Source of the DNA: an uncultured Bacilli bacterium
Lineage (GTDB): Bacteria; Bacillota_I; Bacilli_A; RF39; UBA660
Direction: 5' to 3'
Assembly: GCA_944372545.1 (NCBI GenBank)
Contig: CALVZO010000008.1
Location: forward strand, 7,352 to 71,351
DNA length: 64,000 bases
In this document: positions 25,930 to 36,803 of the stretch, piece after piece
Numbering within the stretch: position 1 is the stretch's first letter
How the letters are laid out: the number at the start of each line of letters is the position of its first letter
Translations under genes and position numbers: made by a program
The notes under the pieces: model-generated
What the model saw: the letters and a program-made list of their open reading frames with translations, nothing else
Told to the model about the DNA's origin: nothing
Databases searched by the model: none

Positions 25930-27423
25930 ATGAAAAAAATACTAACTATTATATTAGATGGGTTTGGTATAAGAGAAGAAGTAACTGGTAATGCGATAAA
26001 AGAAGCCGGTATGGAAACTTTTAATTCCCTATGGGAAGAGTATCCTCATGCATTACTAGAAGCGTCTGGTGAAAGCGTTGGTTTAAAAGAAGGTCAATTT
26101 GGTAATAGTGAAACAGGGCATCAAACAATTGGGGCTGGCCGAGTTATAAAACAAAATGAAATTTTAGTTGATGATTTTTTAAAAAGTGATGTTTTAGAAA
26201 ATGAACAATTTCAAAATATTTTAAGTAGAAAAGATAAAGATATTCATTTAATGGGGTTATGTAGTAATGGCAATGTTCATGCTGGAATTGATGATTTTAT
26301 AAAGTTATATGAACTTCTTGTTAAAAATGGTGCCGAAAAAATCCATTTTCATTTAATAACTGATGGAAGAGATACTGGTGTTTTTGAAGGAATTAATTTT
26401 GTAAGACAAATTGAAGAAGTAATTAATACCTATAAAGTTGGCGATATTGCCTCAATTTGTGGAAGATATTATGCCATGGATAGAGATAAAAATTATGATA
26501 GAACTAAAATCTATTATGAATTAGTTACTAAAGGAGAAGGATATTCTGCTACTAATTATGAAGCCATTATTCAAAAAATGTATGAAAAAAATATAACTGA
26601 TGAATTTTTAAAACCAATTATCTTAAATAAAAAAGGTTTAATAAAAAATGGTGATACGCTGATATGGCTAAATTATCGCTCAGATCGTTCAAAACAAATA
26701 TTAAGTGCTTTTAAAAATAGTTTATTTGATGGTTTTTATACTTATGATATGAGTAATTTAGAAATATTTACTTTTTTAGAAATAGATAGTGATATACCTA
26801 CTAATATTTTAATTAAAAAAGAAGAAATTACAAATCCTTTAGGTTTATATTTATCAAAGTTAGGAATAACCCAAGCAAGAATTGCAGAAACAGAAAAATT
26901 TCCTCATGTTACATACTTTTTTGATGGTGGCTATTTAGGAAAAATTCCTAAATGTAATGCCTTTCATATACCATCGCCTGATGTTGCTACATATGATTTA
27001 AAACCAGAAATGAGTGTAGTTGGAGTCACAAAAAAATGCATTGAGTGTATGAATCAAGATTATGATTTTATCTTAGTAAATTTTGCTAATCCAGATATGG
27101 TAGGTCATACTGGTAATTTTGATGCAACAGTTAAGGCTTGTATGGCAATAGATTTATGTTTAAAGAAAATATTAGAGCAAGCCGAAGAAAATTTTTATAA
27201 AGTCATTATTTTAGCAGACCATGGTAATGCTGATACTATGATAGATGAAAAAGGAAATATTGTCACAACTCATAGTTTAGCAAAAGTACCATTTATAATT
27301 AAAGACAAAAATATTGAGTTAAAAGAAGTTGGTGATTTAACGATGGTAGCACCGACAATACTAGAATATATGGACATTTCTCTTCCTGAAGAAATGAAAG
27401 ATACTGATATTTTATTAAAGTAG
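25930..27423 (+). CDS. gpmI: 2,3-bisphosphoglycerate-independent phosphoglycerate mutase
   Basis: MKKILTIILDGFG, GNSE.GH, ADHGNA motifs. I prefer the ATG at 25930 with an AAAGGTGA RBS. Confidence 0.93.
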   Translation: MKKILTIILDGFGIREEVTGNAIKEAGMETFNSLWEEYPHALLEASGESVGLKEGQFGNSETGHQTIGAGRVIKQNEILVDDFLKSDVLENEQFQNILSRKDKDIHLMGLCSNGNVHAGIDDFIKLYELLVKNGAEKIHFHLITDGRDTGVFEGINFVRQIEEVINTYKVGDIASICGRYYAMDRDKNYDRTKIYYELVTKGEGYSATNYEAIIQKMYEKNITDEFLKPIILNKKGLIKNGDTLIWLNYRSDRSKQILSAFKNSLFDGFYTYDMSNLEIFTFLEIDSDIPTNILIKKEEITNPLGLYLSKLGITQARIAETEKFPHVTYFFDGGYLGKIPKCNAFHIPSPDVATYDLKPEMSVVGVTKKCIECMNQDYDFILVNFANPDMVGHTGNFDATVKACMAIDLCLKKILEQAEENFYKVIILADHGNADTMIDEKGNIVTTHSLAKVPFIIKDKNIELKEVGDLTMVAPTILEYMDISLPEEMKDTDILLK

Positions 27424-27475
27424 TTTTAATTTAAAATTTTTTATGATATATTAATGGTAGAAAGAAGTGTGAGTT

Positions 27476-28807
27476 ATGAATAATAATGAAAATGAAGAAA
27501 AAATAGGGATTAAATCTAAATTTAAAATACCTTTAATAGTTATTGGTGTTCTTTTAATAGTAGTGTTAACTATAGGGATTTATAAATTTTTCCAAGTTAA
27601 AGATGCAAGAAGTCTTTATACAAGTATTCTTAACGATTTTGAAAGTAAGTTAGTTAGTAATCTTAATATTAAAGATGATGCTAAAATATATAGTATTTCT
27701 GGTAATTTATTAATAAATATTGATTCAAATGATAGTGAAATCAATAGTATTGGTGAAATTTTAAATAATTTAAAAATAAATTATGAAGTACAAATGGATT
27801 TAAATAAGAAATTGGAAAATGTATTACTAAGTACAACTTATGATAATAAAAACTTATTAGATTTAGGACTATATTTAAAGGAAGATACAATGTATGTTGA
27901 TTTAGGTGATTTATATAATAAGAATATTAAATATAGCGATGAAGAATTAAAAGAAGTTTGGGAAGTAATAGATACCAATGATTATGAAACAATTATTAAA
28001 GAGTTTAATAAAATTATTCAAGATAATTTAAAAGAGGAATATTTTAAAGAGGAAAGTGGTAAGACAAAAGTAAATGGTAATGATATAAATACTAAGAGTT
28101 ACATTTTAGAAATAAAAGGAACAGAAGTATATAATTTTGAAAATAACATTATAAATTCAATTGAGGAAAACGATAATTTAATTGTTCTTTTAAGTAAAAC
28201 TGGTGGTATGACAGAAAGTGATGTAGTAACATACTTAGATAACGCTAGAGAAGAATTAGTAGAAAATGAAGATGCCATAATTCGATTAGAAATTCATGCT
28301 AAAGGATTTATGGAAGAAACAGCCAAAGTTTTAGTTAACATAGATAACGAAGTAATTGAGTTCCACCAAAATAAAAAAGATACTTATAACATTATATATA
28401 ATGATGAAGAAATTGGTTCATTAGTAAATAAGAAAAATAATAAAGAAGTAAATATTAATCAAGATGGTAATACATTTACTTATGAATATGATGGAAAGTT
28501 ATGTACAATAGAATTTAAAGATAATAATGCAAGAGTGTATTTAAATATTGAAAATAATGAAAAAATTAATTTTATGTTAGGTGTAAATGAAGATGATACA
28601 AGTATAGAAATTGTGTTAGATGGAGTTATAAGTGATGCTATTAGTGAAGTATCAAGCAAAGATAATGAAGAATATGTTGATTATAACAATTTAACTGAAG
28701 AAGATATGGAAACTATTTATAATAATTTATATAATAATGAGGCTTTACTTTCTTTAATTGAAGATTTATCACAAACTTCATTATTGCAAAATTTAATGTT
28801 ATTTTAG
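27476..28807 (+). CDS. Hypothetical membrane-anchored protein (one N-terminal TM, then an acidic Asn/Glu/Ile-rich ectodomain)
   Basis: Long ORF with codon usage like its neighbours, a TM segment (FKIPLIVIGVLLIVVLTIGIY) and a strong terminator directly after the stop. I recognise no family. Confidence 0.6.
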   Translation: MNNNENEEKIGIKSKFKIPLIVIGVLLIVVLTIGIYKFFQVKDARSLYTSILNDFESKLVSNLNIKDDAKIYSISGNLLINIDSNDSEINSIGEILNNLKINYEVQMDLNKKLENVLLSTTYDNKNLLDLGLYLKEDTMYVDLGDLYNKNIKYSDEELKEVWEVIDTNDYETIIKEFNKIIQDNLKEEYFKEESGKTKVNGNDINTKSYILEIKGTEVYNFENNIINSIEENDNLIVLLSKTGGMTESDVVTYLDNAREELVENEDAIIRLEIHAKGFMEETAKVLVNIDNEVIEFHQNKKDTYNIIYNDEEIGSLVNKKNNKEVNINQDGNTFTYEYDGKLCTIEFKDNNARVYLNIENNEKINFMLGVNEDDTSIEIVLDGVISDAISEVSSKDNEEYVDYNNLTEEDMETIYNNLYNNEALLSLIEDLSQTSLLQNLMLF

Positions 28808-28835
28808 GTCTTGAAATATTTCAAGACTTTTTTTT
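28808..28835 (+). terminator. Rho-independent terminator
   Basis: GTCTTGAAA-TA-TTTCAAGAC followed by T8. Confidence 0.8.
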
Positions 28836-28869
28836 GTGGGTTAAGTACTAAATTCATGCAATTTAGGGC

Positions 28870-28899
28870 TTGCATTACATATAATTATTATGCTATAAT
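28870..28899 (+). promoter_or_regulatory. S10 operon promoter (-35 TTGCAT, 18-nt spacer, extended -10 TGcTATAAT)
   Basis: TTGCAT at 28870..28875; TGCTATAAT at 28891..28899. Confidence 0.65.
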
Positions 28900-29033
28900 C
28901 ATATTCGTATGACTGCGATGATGCGCGAGGTTGCTGATACACTAGGTGGGGTTGGTAAAAACAAATATAGTTAAATCAGGTAATTCGGGTGGAGCAAGTC
29001 TATACTAGATATAGACGAAAGGAGGACATGTAA
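28900..29033 (+). promoter_or_regulatory. Structured ~130-nt 5' leader of the S10 operon
   Basis: Locally GC-rich compared with its surroundings; hairpin GTCTATA-CTAGA-TATAGAC at 28998..29016 just upstream of the SD GAAAGGAGG. Confidence 0.4.
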
Positions 29034-29342
29034 ATGTCAAATAGTAAAGTAAGAATCAACTTAAAGGCTTACGACCATCGCCTTCTTGATGTGGCTGCAA
29101 GCAAAATAGTTGAAACTGTAAAAAGAATTGGTGGCGAAGTTTCTGGTCCAGTACCACTTCCAACAGAAATTGAAAAATTTACAGTATTAAGAGCGGTACA
29201 TAAGGACAAAGACTCTCGTGAGCAATTTGAAAGAAGAACTCATAAAAGACTTGTTGATATTAAAAATCCAAGTAAAGAAACAATTGATGCTTTATCTCAT
29301 TTAGATTTACCAAGTGGTGTAGACATCAATATCAAATTATAA
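29034..29342 (+). CDS. rpsJ: 30S ribosomal protein S10
   Basis: KIRI.LKAYDH..LD signature; first gene of the S10 operon. Confidence 0.97.
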   Translation: MSNSKVRINLKAYDHRLLDVAASKIVETVKRIGGEVSGPVPLPTEIEKFTVLRAVHKDKDSREQFERRTHKRLVDIKNPSKETIDALSHLDLPSGVDINIKL

Positions 29343-29367
29343 TTAAAGATAGGAAAGGAAAATAAAA

Positions 29368-30144
29368 ATGAAAGGAATCTTAGGACGCAAAGTTGGAATG
29401 ACTCAAGTATTTACTAAAGATGGTAAACTTATTCCAGTAACTGTAGTATCTTGTGAACCAAACGTAGTAATGCAAGTTAAAACTATGGAAAAAGATGGAT
29501 ATAATGCAATTCAACTAGGCGTATTTGAAAAAAAAGTTAATCGTGCAAACAAGGCTGAAGTTGGCCATGCACAAAAAGCAAACACTACTCCTAAGCGCTT
29601 CTTAAAAGAAATCAAAGATGCCGAAGGAACTTATAATGTAGGAGATAAAGTTGGAGTAGACATTTTTGCAGTAGGAGAAATCGTTGATGTAACGGGAACT
29701 TCCAAGGGACACGGAATGCAAGGTGTTATTAAGCGCCATAATCAATCTCGTGGACCAATGGGACATGGCTCTCACTATCATAGAAGACCAGGTTCTATGG
29801 GTACAATGTTACCAAAAAGAGTATTAAAGGGTAAAAATCTTCCAGGACATATGGGAGTTGATACAGTAACAATTCAAAATTTAGAGATTATTGAAGCAAA
29901 TACTGTAGATAATTACATTTTAGTAAGTGGCAATATTCCAGGGGCAAAAAATTCTTTAGTTTATATTAAATCAGCAGTTAAAAATTCTCGTAAAAATAAT
30001 CCAAAAGAAATTTTAACTTATGAAGAAGAAACTGTTGTTGATGAAGTAGTAGAAGAAGTAGTTGAAAATACTGATGTAAATACAGAAGTAGAAGTAAATG
30101 AAGTAGAAGAAACTAAAGTAGAAAATCCGGAAGAAAGCAAATAG
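29368..30144 (+). CDS. rplC: 50S ribosomal protein L3 (with a ~45-aa acidic C-terminal extension)
   Basis: [15 protein letters not shown] start and GTSKGHG.QG motif; 258 aa against the usual ~210. Confidence 0.96.
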   Translation: MKGILGRKVGMTQVFTKDGKLIPVTVVSCEPNVVMQVKTMEKDGYNAIQLGVFEKKVNRANKAEVGHAQKANTTPKRFLKEIKDAEGTYNVGDKVGVDIFAVGEIVDVTGTSKGHGMQGVIKRHNQSRGPMGHGSHYHRRPGSMGTMLPKRVLKGKNLPGHMGVDTVTIQNLEIIEANTVDNYILVSGNIPGAKNSLVYIKSAVKNSRKNNPKEILTYEEETVVDEVVEEVVENTDVNTEVEVNEVEETKVENPEESK

Positions 30145-30163
30145 GCTTTAGAAAGGAATTAAT

Positions 30164-30787
30164 ATGACAAAGATAAGTGTTAAAAATATAAAAGGTGAAG
30201 TAGTTAAAGATATTAATCTTGAAAATAGCATTTGGAATATTGAAGTTAATGATGATGCCCTTAAAAAAATGATTAGATTACAACTTGATAGTATGCGCCA
30301 AGGAACAAGAAAAACTAAAAGTAGAAGTGAAGTTTCTGGTGGTGGAAGAAAGCCATGGCGTCAAAAAGGTACAGGTCGTGCTCGTCAAGGAAGTATTAGA
30401 GCACCACACTGGCGTGGCGGTGGAATTGCGTTTGGTGTAAGTCCAAGAAATTTCACATTTAAAATTAATAAAAAGGAAAGAGTTTTAGCATTAAAAACTG
30501 CTTTAACTTATAAAAATAAAGAAAAATCTTTAGTAGTGTTAGATAACATTAAATTAGATACATTAAAAACTAAAGAAATTATTACAATTTTAAAAAATTT
30601 AAAATTAAGTGGCAAAGTAATGTTTGTTACTAAAGAAGAAAGTGAAAACTTATATATGGCTTCTAGGAATTTAGGTAATGTATTAGTATTAATGGCAGAT
30701 GAACTAAATTGTTATGATATTGTTAATGCTGATGTATTAGTAGTAGAAGAAGAAGCATTAAAAGTTATTGAGGAGGTGCTTAAATAA
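30164..30787 (+). CDS. rplD: 50S ribosomal protein L4
   Basis: [17 protein letters not shown] motif. Confidence 0.96.
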   Translation: MTKISVKNIKGEVVKDINLENSIWNIEVNDDALKKMIRLQLDSMRQGTRKTKSRSEVSGGGRKPWRQKGTGRARQGSIRAPHWRGGGIAFGVSPRNFTFKINKKERVLALKTALTYKNKEKSLVVLDNIKLDTLKTKEIITILKNLKLSGKVMFVTKEESENLYMASRNLGNVLVLMADELNCYDIVNADVLVVEEEALKVIEEVLK

Positions 30788-31062
30788 TGAAACATTATAG
30801 TGATATCATTATAGCACCAGTTATTACTGAAAAATCTATGGCAGAAAGACAAAATAATGTTTATACATTTAAGGTATTAAAAAGTGCCACTAAAGATGAA
30901 ATTAAATATGCTATAGAAGAGGCTTTTAAAGTAAGTGTTAAAAAAGTAAATACATTAAATACAAAGTCAAAAAGACGTAGAGTTGGAAGATTCGCAGGTA
31001 AAACAAAAACTTATAAAAAAGCAATTGTTACCCTAGAATCTGGCTCTTCAATAGATTTATAG
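30787..31062 (+). CDS. rplW: 50S ribosomal protein L23
   Basis: PVITEKS motif; operon position. Confidence 0.95.
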   Translation: MKHYSDIIIAPVITEKSMAERQNNVYTFKVLKSATKDEIKYAIEEAFKVSVKKVNTLNTKSKRRRVGRFAGKTKTYKKAIVTLESGSSIDL

Positions 31063-31075
31063 GAGGGATTAATTT

Positions 31076-31909
31076 ATGGCTATAAAACATTATAAACCTA
31101 CTACTAATGGTCGTAGGGGAATGACTACACTTCAAAATGAAGAAATTACAACAAAGAATGCTCCTACTAAATCTTTAGTAAAAAAGGTAAATAAAACTGG
31201 TGGAAGAAATAATCAAGGTAAAATGACAGTTCGCCATATTGGTGGTGGTGCTACAAAGAAATACCGTGTAATTGATTTTAAAAGAAATAAAGTTGGAGTT
31301 ACTGGTCGTGTTGCAACAATAGAGTATGATCCAAACAGAAATGCAAATATTGCACTTATTAATTATCGTGATGGAGAAAAAAGATATATTATTGCTCCAA
31401 ACGGATTAAAAGTAGATATGATTATAGAAAATGGTGAGGGTGCCGATATCAAAGTTGGTAATGCTCTACCTCTTCAAAGTATTCCTGTTGGTACTATGGT
31501 ACACTGCATCGAATTAAAACCAGGTAAAGGTGCAGAATTATGTCGTGCTGCTGGTACTAGTGCTCAAATTCTTGGAAGAGAAGGAAAATATGTTCTTGTA
31601 AGATTACAATCTGGGGAAACAAGAAAAATATTAGGAACTTGTATGGCTACAATTGGTATTGTAGGTAATGAAGATGCTAATTTAGTTAATTTAGGAAAAG
31701 CCGGCCGTAAACGTCATATGGGAATAAGACCTACTAATAGAGGTAGTGTAATGAATCCAAATGACCATCCGCATGGTGGTGGAGAAGGACGTGCACCTAT
31801 TGGTCGTAAGAGTCCTATGACTCCTTGGGGTAAACCAGCCCTTGGTCATAAAACTCGTAAATCAAAGAAGGCTTCTGAAAAATTAATAATCAGTAGGAAG
31901 AGCAAATAG
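31076..31909 (+). CDS. rplB: 50S ribosomal protein L2
   Basis: HPHGGGEGR motif; 277 aa. Confidence 0.97.
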   Translation: MAIKHYKPTTNGRRGMTTLQNEEITTKNAPTKSLVKKVNKTGGRNNQGKMTVRHIGGGATKKYRVIDFKRNKVGVTGRVATIEYDPNRNANIALINYRDGEKRYIIAPNGLKVDMIIENGEGADIKVGNALPLQSIPVGTMVHCIELKPGKGAELCRAAGTSAQILGREGKYVLVRLQSGETRKILGTCMATIGIVGNEDANLVNLGKAGRKRHMGIRPTNRGSVMNPNDHPHGGGEGRAPIGRKSPMTPWGKPALGHKTRKSKKASEKLIISRKSK

Positions 31910-31918
31910 GAGGAAACT

Positions 31919-32185
31919 ATGGCAAGAAGTTTAAAAAAAGGACCTTACGTTGAAGAAGCGTTATTAAAAAAGGTTCAAAAATTAAATAGTGAAAATAAAA
32001 AGACAGTTGTAAAAACTTGGTCAAGAAGAAGTACAATATTTCCTGATTTTGTTGGACATACTATCGCTGTTCATAACGGAAAAGACTTTATACCAGTTTA
32101 TATAACTGAAGAAATGGTTGGTCATAAACTTGGTGAGTTTGCATTAACTCGTAAGTTTACAGGACATGCAGGTGGAGGTAATTAA
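31919..32185 (+). CDS. rpsS: 30S ribosomal protein S19
   Basis: MARSLKKGP start; HNGK..PV motif. Confidence 0.97.
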   Translation: MARSLKKGPYVEEALLKKVQKLNSENKKTVVKTWSRRSTIFPDFVGHTIAVHNGKDFIPVYITEEMVGHKLGEFALTRKFTGHAGGGN

Positions 32186-32541
32186 TGGAAGCATATGCAA
32201 TTCATAAAGGTGCAATGATTAAACCTCGTCTTGCAAGAATGACTATTGATTTAATAAGAGGAAAAGATGTTAAAATTGCAGTTAGTATTTTAGAAACTAC
32301 TAATACTAAAGCAAGTAAAATGATTTTAAAAGTTCTAAATTCCGCAGTAGCAAATGCAGTTAATAATAATGGCGCTAACGAAAATGATTTAGTTATTAAA
32401 GAGTGTTTCGTAAATCCAGGTACTATTTATAAAAGAATCCAATTTGCAAGTCGTGGAAATGTCGATAGACATGATAAAAGAACAAGTCATATTAAAGTAG
32501 TTGTAACAGACAATAAAATTACGGAAGGAGAAAACGCATAA
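32185..32541 (+). CDS. rplV: 50S ribosomal protein L22
   Basis: Operon position, size, [15 protein letters not shown]. Confidence 0.95.
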   Translation: MEAYAIHKGAMIKPRLARMTIDLIRGKDVKIAVSILETTNTKASKMILKVLNSAVANAVNNNGANENDLVIKECFVNPGTIYKRIQFASRGNVDRHDKRTSHIKVVVTDNKITEGENA

Positions 32542-33224
32542 TGGGACAAAAAGTTAATCCAGTAGGATACCGTTTAGGTGTTAATAAAGATTGGGAATCA
32601 CGTTGGTATGCTAAAGAAGATTATGCTGATAAATTAAATAGAGATATTAAAATACGTGAATTTATCGCTAAAAATTTAAAAGATGCGGCTATTTCTTCTG
32701 TTGTAATTGAAAGAAAGAAAAATAGAGTAGATGTAACAATTAAAACTGCTAAACCAGGCGTTATTATTGGTCGTGGCGGTGAAGACATCGAAAAATTAAG
32801 AAAAAGAATATCTAAATTAGTTAATGAAGAAGTTTATATTAACATTTTAGAAGAAAAAAATCCTAATTTAAATGCTAAATTAGTGGCAGATAATATCGCA
32901 ATGCAAATTGAAAATAGGGCTCCATTTAGAGCGGCTCAAAAAAGAGCAATAAGAGATACTATGAAATCTGGAGCTAAAGGAATTAAAACATTAGTTTCTG
33001 GAAGATTAAATGGTGTTGAAATGGCTCGTAGTGAAGGTTATACGGAAGGTACTGTTCCACTTCATACTATTAGAGCAGATATTGATTATGCGCAAAGCGA
33101 AGCAAATACAACATATGGAAAAATTGGGGTTAAGGTATGGATTTATAAAGATGAAATCTTGCCTGCTAAAAAAATGAGAAATACAAAGGAGGCGACTCAA
33201 AATGTTGATGCCAAAAAGGACTAA
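32541..33224 (+). CDS. rpsC: 30S ribosomal protein S3
   Basis: MGQKVNP.G.RLG start; KH domain. Confidence 0.97.
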   Translation: MGQKVNPVGYRLGVNKDWESRWYAKEDYADKLNRDIKIREFIAKNLKDAAISSVVIERKKNRVDVTIKTAKPGVIIGRGGEDIEKLRKRISKLVNEEVYINILEEKNPNLNAKLVADNIAMQIENRAPFRAAQKRAIRDTMKSGAKGIKTLVSGRLNGVEMARSEGYTEGTVPLHTIRADIDYAQSEANTTYGKIGVKVWIYKDEILPAKKMRNTKEATQNVDAKKD

Positions 33225-33615
33225 ATATAGAAAGTCGCATAGATTTACATACGATGGTCATGCTAAAGGAAATACCACATTAACAAAAGGTGAATATGGT
33301 TTAATGGCTTTAGAAGGGGCTTGGGTTAGTGCTCGTCAAATAGAAGCCGCTCGTATCGCTATGACTCGTTACATGAAACGTGGTGGAAAAGTATTTATTA
33401 ACATTTTCCCACATTTACCAATAACTAAAAAACCTTTAGAAACTCGTCAAGGTACAGGAAAAGGTTCTGTTGAACAATATGTTGCAGTAGTTAAAGAAGG
33501 TAAAATTATGTTTGAAATTAGTGATGTTGATGAAGCAATAGCAAGAGATGCTTTAAGACTTGCTTCCCACAAATTACCTATCAAATGTAAATTTGTTAAA
33601 AAGGATGGTGAATAA
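33202..33615 (+). CDS. rplP: 50S ribosomal protein L16
   Basis: [11 protein letters not shown] start. Confidence 0.97.
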   Translation: MLMPKRTKYRKSHRFTYDGHAKGNTTLTKGEYGLMALEGAWVSARQIEAARIAMTRYMKRGGKVFINIFPHLPITKKPLETRQGTGKGSVEQYVAVVKEGKIMFEISDVDEAIARDALRLASHKLPIKCKFVKKDGE

Positions 33616-33617
33616 AA

Positions 33618-33821
33618 GTGGATATTAAAGATATTAGAAAATTATCTGATGATGAATTAAAGATAAAAATCAGAGAAACAAAAGAAGAATTATTCACAAA
33701 AAGAATGCAACAAGCAAGTGGTACATTAGAAAAACCAGTTGAGTTACGTGTATTAAGAAGAGATGTTGCAAAAATGAAAACTGTTCTTAGAGAAAGAGAA
33801 TTAGACGGAGGTAATAAATAA
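33618..33821 (+). CDS. rpmC: 50S ribosomal protein L29
   Basis: 67 aa, GTG start, operon position, LFTKRMQ helix. Confidence 0.93.
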   Translation: MDIKDIRKLSDDELKIKIRETKEELFTKRMQQASGTLEKPVELRVLRRDVAKMKTVLRERELDGGNK

Positions 33822-34078
33822 TGGCTAAAAGAGTTCAAGAATTAACTGGTAAAGTTGTAAGTAACAAAAATGATAAAACAATAACTGTTTTAGTCGAAAC
33901 TTACAAACGTCATCCATTATATAATAAACGTGTTAAATACTCTAAAAAGTATGCAGCACATGATGTTAATAACGAAGCAAATATAGGAGATACAGTTAGA
34001 ATAAGAATGACTAAACCTATTTCAAAAACTAAGAAATATGAATTAGTTGCTGTTATTCAAAAGGCTGTAGTTCTTTAG
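33821..34078 (+). CDS. rpsQ: 30S ribosomal protein S17
   Basis: G.VVS.K.DKTI.V.VE...HP.Y.K pattern. Confidence 0.96.
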   Translation: MAKRVQELTGKVVSNKNDKTITVLVETYKRHPLYNKRVKYSKKYAAHDVNNEANIGDTVRIRMTKPISKTKKYELVAVIQKAVVL

Positions 34079-34090
34079 GAGGTACTTTAT

Positions 34091-34459
34091 ATGGTAATGC
34101 AAGAGACAAGATTAAAAGTTGCTGATAATACAGGCGCAAGAGAATTACTTGTTATCAAAGTTCTTGGTGGAAGTAAAGTAAAAAGCGGTAATATCGGTGA
34201 TGTAGTAGTTGGAACTGTTAAAAAAGCAATTCCTAATAGTAATATTCCTAAAGGAAAAGTTGTTAAGGCTGTTATTGTTAGAACAGTTGAAGGTGTAAGA
34301 AGAAATGATGGGTCTTACATAAAATTTGATGACAATGCTTGTGTACTAATTAAAGAAGATAAATCGCCGATTGGTACAAGAGTATTAGGTCCTGTTGCTA
34401 GAGAATTAAGAGAAAAAGATTATATGAAAATTGTTTCTTTAGCACCAGAGGTTTTATAG
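34091..34459 (+). CDS. rplN: 50S ribosomal protein L14
   Basis: [14 protein letters not shown] start. Confidence 0.97.
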   Translation: MVMQETRLKVADNTGARELLVIKVLGGSKVKSGNIGDVVVGTVKKAIPNSNIPKGKVVKAVIVRTVEGVRRNDGSYIKFDDNACVLIKEDKSPIGTRVLGPVARELREKDYMKIVSLAPEVL

Positions 34460-34467
34460 GAGGAAAT

Positions 34468-34728
34468 ATGAAAATAAAAGTAAATGACAATGTTTTAGTT
34501 ATTGCTGGGTCTTACAAAGGTAAGAGTGGTAAAGTAATTAAAACTTTAAAAAATGAAAATAAAGTTGTTGTTGAAGGTATAAATATTTCTAAAAGACATA
34601 CAAAACCTAGAACAAATAATGATAAAGGCGGTATATTTGATATTGAAATGCCTATTCATGTATCAGATGTAAAAAAAGTAGATGAAGAAAAAAAGGCTAA
34701 AAAATCTACTAAGAAGGCTAGTAAGTAG
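34468..34728 (+). CDS. rplX: 50S ribosomal protein L24
   Basis: KOW motif (V.VIAG..KGK.G.V). Confidence 0.95.
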   Translation: MKIKVNDNVLVIAGSYKGKSGKVIKTLKNENKVVVEGINISKRHTKPRTNNDKGGIFDIEMPIHVSDVKKVDEEKKAKKSTKKASK

Positions 34729-34736
34729 GTGAATTT

Positions 34737-35276
34737 ATGAGTAACTTTAAAGAATTATATGAAACAAAAATTAAAAATGATTTAAAAAAGGAATTTAATT
34801 ATAAAAGCATAATGGAAGTTCCAAAATTAGAAAAAATAGTTATCAATATGGGTGTTGGCGAAGGAAGTCATGATGACAAATTCATTGAAGCCGCTAGAAA
34901 AGACCTTGAATTAATTACTGGTCAAAAAGCGATAATTACAAAGGCTCGTAAATCAATTGCTGGTTTTAAATTAAGAGAAGGTCAACCTGTTGGTGTAAAA
35001 GTTACATTAAGAGGAGAAAATATGTATAATTTTATGGAAAAATTAATTAAAATTGATTTACCTCGTGTTAGAGATTTTCGTGGGGTATCATCTCATGCAT
35101 TTGATGGCAGAGGAAATTATACTTTAGGTATTAAAGAACAATTAATTTTCCCAGAAATTGAATATGATAATGTTTATAAAGTTCGTGGTATGGATATTAT
35201 ATTTGTTACTACGGCAAAAAGTAATGATGAAGCCCATGCATTACTAAAGGCATTTGGAATGCCATTTAAAGGTTAG
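34737..35276 (+). CDS. rplE: 50S ribosomal protein L5
   Basis: 179 aa; [17 protein letters not shown]. Confidence 0.97.
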   Translation: MSNFKELYETKIKNDLKKEFNYKSIMEVPKLEKIVINMGVGEGSHDDKFIEAARKDLELITGQKAIITKARKSIAGFKLREGQPVGVKVTLRGENMYNFMEKLIKIDLPRVRDFRGVSSHAFDGRGNYTLGIKEQLIFPEIEYDNVYKVRGMDIIFVTTAKSNDEAHALLKAFGMPFKG

Positions 35277-35284
35277 GTGTAAAT

Positions 35285-35470
35285 ATGGCAAAGAAAAGTT
35301 TAAAAGTTAAAAATAAAAGACCACAAAAGTTTTCAACAAGAGAATACACAAGATGTGAACGTTGTGGAAGACCTCATGGTGTTTTAAGTAAATTTAAATT
35401 ATGTCGTATTTGTTTTAGAGAACTTGCAAATAAAGGCCAAATACCGGGCGTTAAGAAATCAAGTTGGTAA
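35285..35470 (+). CDS. rpsN: 30S ribosomal protein S14, type Z (zinc-binding, 61 aa)
   Basis: CxxC...CxxC (CERCGRP..CRIC), ending KSSW. Confidence 0.96.
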   Translation: MAKKSLKVKNKRPQKFSTREYTRCERCGRPHGVLSKFKLCRICFRELANKGQIPGVKKSSW

Positions 35471-35484
35471 AAAGGAGGAATAAA

Positions 35485-35883
35485 ATGTTTGTACAAGATA
35501 AAATAGCAGATATGTTGACTCGTATTCGTAATGCTAATATCATGCGTTACCCTACTGTTGAAGTAGTTGGAACAAAAATGACTTTAGGAATTGCGGAGAT
35601 ATTAAAAAAAGAAGGTTACATAGAGGATTATAATTATGAAAAAAGTCCTAAAGGTGATAAATTAACATTAACACTTAAATATGGCGCTAAAAAAGAAAGA
35701 GTTATTACTGGACTAAAAAGAATTAGTAAATCCGGATTACGTGTATATGCTAAATCTTCAGAAATTCCTCGTGTTCTTAATGGATTAGGTATTGCCATTA
35801 TTTCAACATCAAAAGGTTTAATGACTGATAAAGAAGCGAGAAATGCTAAGTTAGGAGGCGAAGTCCTTGCCTATATTTGGTAA
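35485..35883 (+). CDS. rpsH: 30S ribosomal protein S8
   Basis: [13 protein letters not shown] motif. The ATG at 35485 follows AAAGGAGGA; the track start at 35464 is an in-frame extension overlapping rpsN. Confidence 0.96.
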   Translation: MFVQDKIADMLTRIRNANIMRYPTVEVVGTKMTLGIAEILKKEGYIEDYNYEKSPKGDKLTLTLKYGAKKERVITGLKRISKSGLRVYAKSSEIPRVLNGLGIAIISTSKGLMTDKEARNAKLGGEVLAYIW

Positions 35884-35889
35884 GTAATT

Positions 35890-36426
35890 ATGAGTAGAAT
35901 TGGAGAAAGAAAATTAGTTATTCCTGAAGGAGTAACTGCAGAACTAAACGAAAATGTGCTTACTGTTAAAAGTAGCAAAGGATCTCTTACATTAGATATC
36001 AATAAATTAGTTACAGTTAAAATTGAAGAAGGATTTATAAAGACTTCTCAAGCAAAAGAATCAAAAGAAGCAAATATGATACAAGGAACAATGAACTCAT
36101 TAATTAATGGAATGTTAACTGGTGTATCTAAAGGTTTTGAAAAAGGACTTGAGGCAGTTGGAGTTGGTTATAGATTCAATGTTCAAGGTAAAAAAATAGT
36201 TATTAATGCTGGATATTCTCACCCAGTAGAAATCATAGTTCCAGATGATTTAAGTGTTGAACTTGTAAGTAATACAGAAATAACTATTAAAGGAATTGAT
36301 AAACAAAAAGTATCTGAATTTGCAGCAAATATTAGAAAAGTAAGAGAACCAGAGCCTTATAAAGGTAAAGGTATTCGTTACAAAGGCGAATTTGTTCGTC
36401 GTAAAGAAGGAAAGAAAGCGGCTTAA
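35890..36426 (+). CDS. rplF: 50S ribosomal protein L6
   Basis: MSRIG.. start, PEPYKGKGIRY motif. Confidence 0.97.
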   Translation: MSRIGERKLVIPEGVTAELNENVLTVKSSKGSLTLDINKLVTVKIEEGFIKTSQAKESKEANMIQGTMNSLINGMLTGVSKGFEKGLEAVGVGYRFNVQGKKIVINAGYSHPVEIIVPDDLSVELVSNTEITIKGIDKQKVSEFAANIRKVREPEPYKGKGIRYKGEFVRRKEGKKAA

Positions 36427-36437
36427 GGAGGTAAGTT

Positions 36438-36794
36438 ATGATAAAGAAAGAATCAAGAAATAAAAATCGTCTTATAAGACATACAAGAGTTAGAAGAAAT
36501 ATCAGTGGAACAAAAGAAATGCCAAGATTAAATGTCTTTCGTTCTAATAATGGTATATATGCTCAAGTTATTGATGATACAACTGGAACAACTTTAGTAA
36601 GTTCTTCAAGCCGTAGTTTAAAACTTGCAAATGGTGGTAATATTGAAGCCGCTAAATTAGTTGGAAAAGATATTGCTGAAAAATGCAAAAAAGCCAAAAT
36701 AAATAAAGTAGTTTTTGACCGTGGTGGTTACTTATATCATGGTCGTGTTAGTGCTTTAGCAGATGCTGCTAGAGAAGCAGGATTAGAGATATAA
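36438..36794 (+). CDS. rplR: 50S ribosomal protein L18
   Basis: PRL.VFRSN..IYAQ.IDD and FDRGGY.YHGRV motifs. Confidence 0.97.
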   Translation: MIKKESRNKNRLIRHTRVRRNISGTKEMPRLNVFRSNNGIYAQVIDDTTGTTLVSSSSRSLKLANGGNIEAAKLVGKDIAEKCKKAKINKVVFDRGGYLYHGRVSALADAAREAGLEI

Positions 36795-36803
36795 GGAGGA
36801 CAT

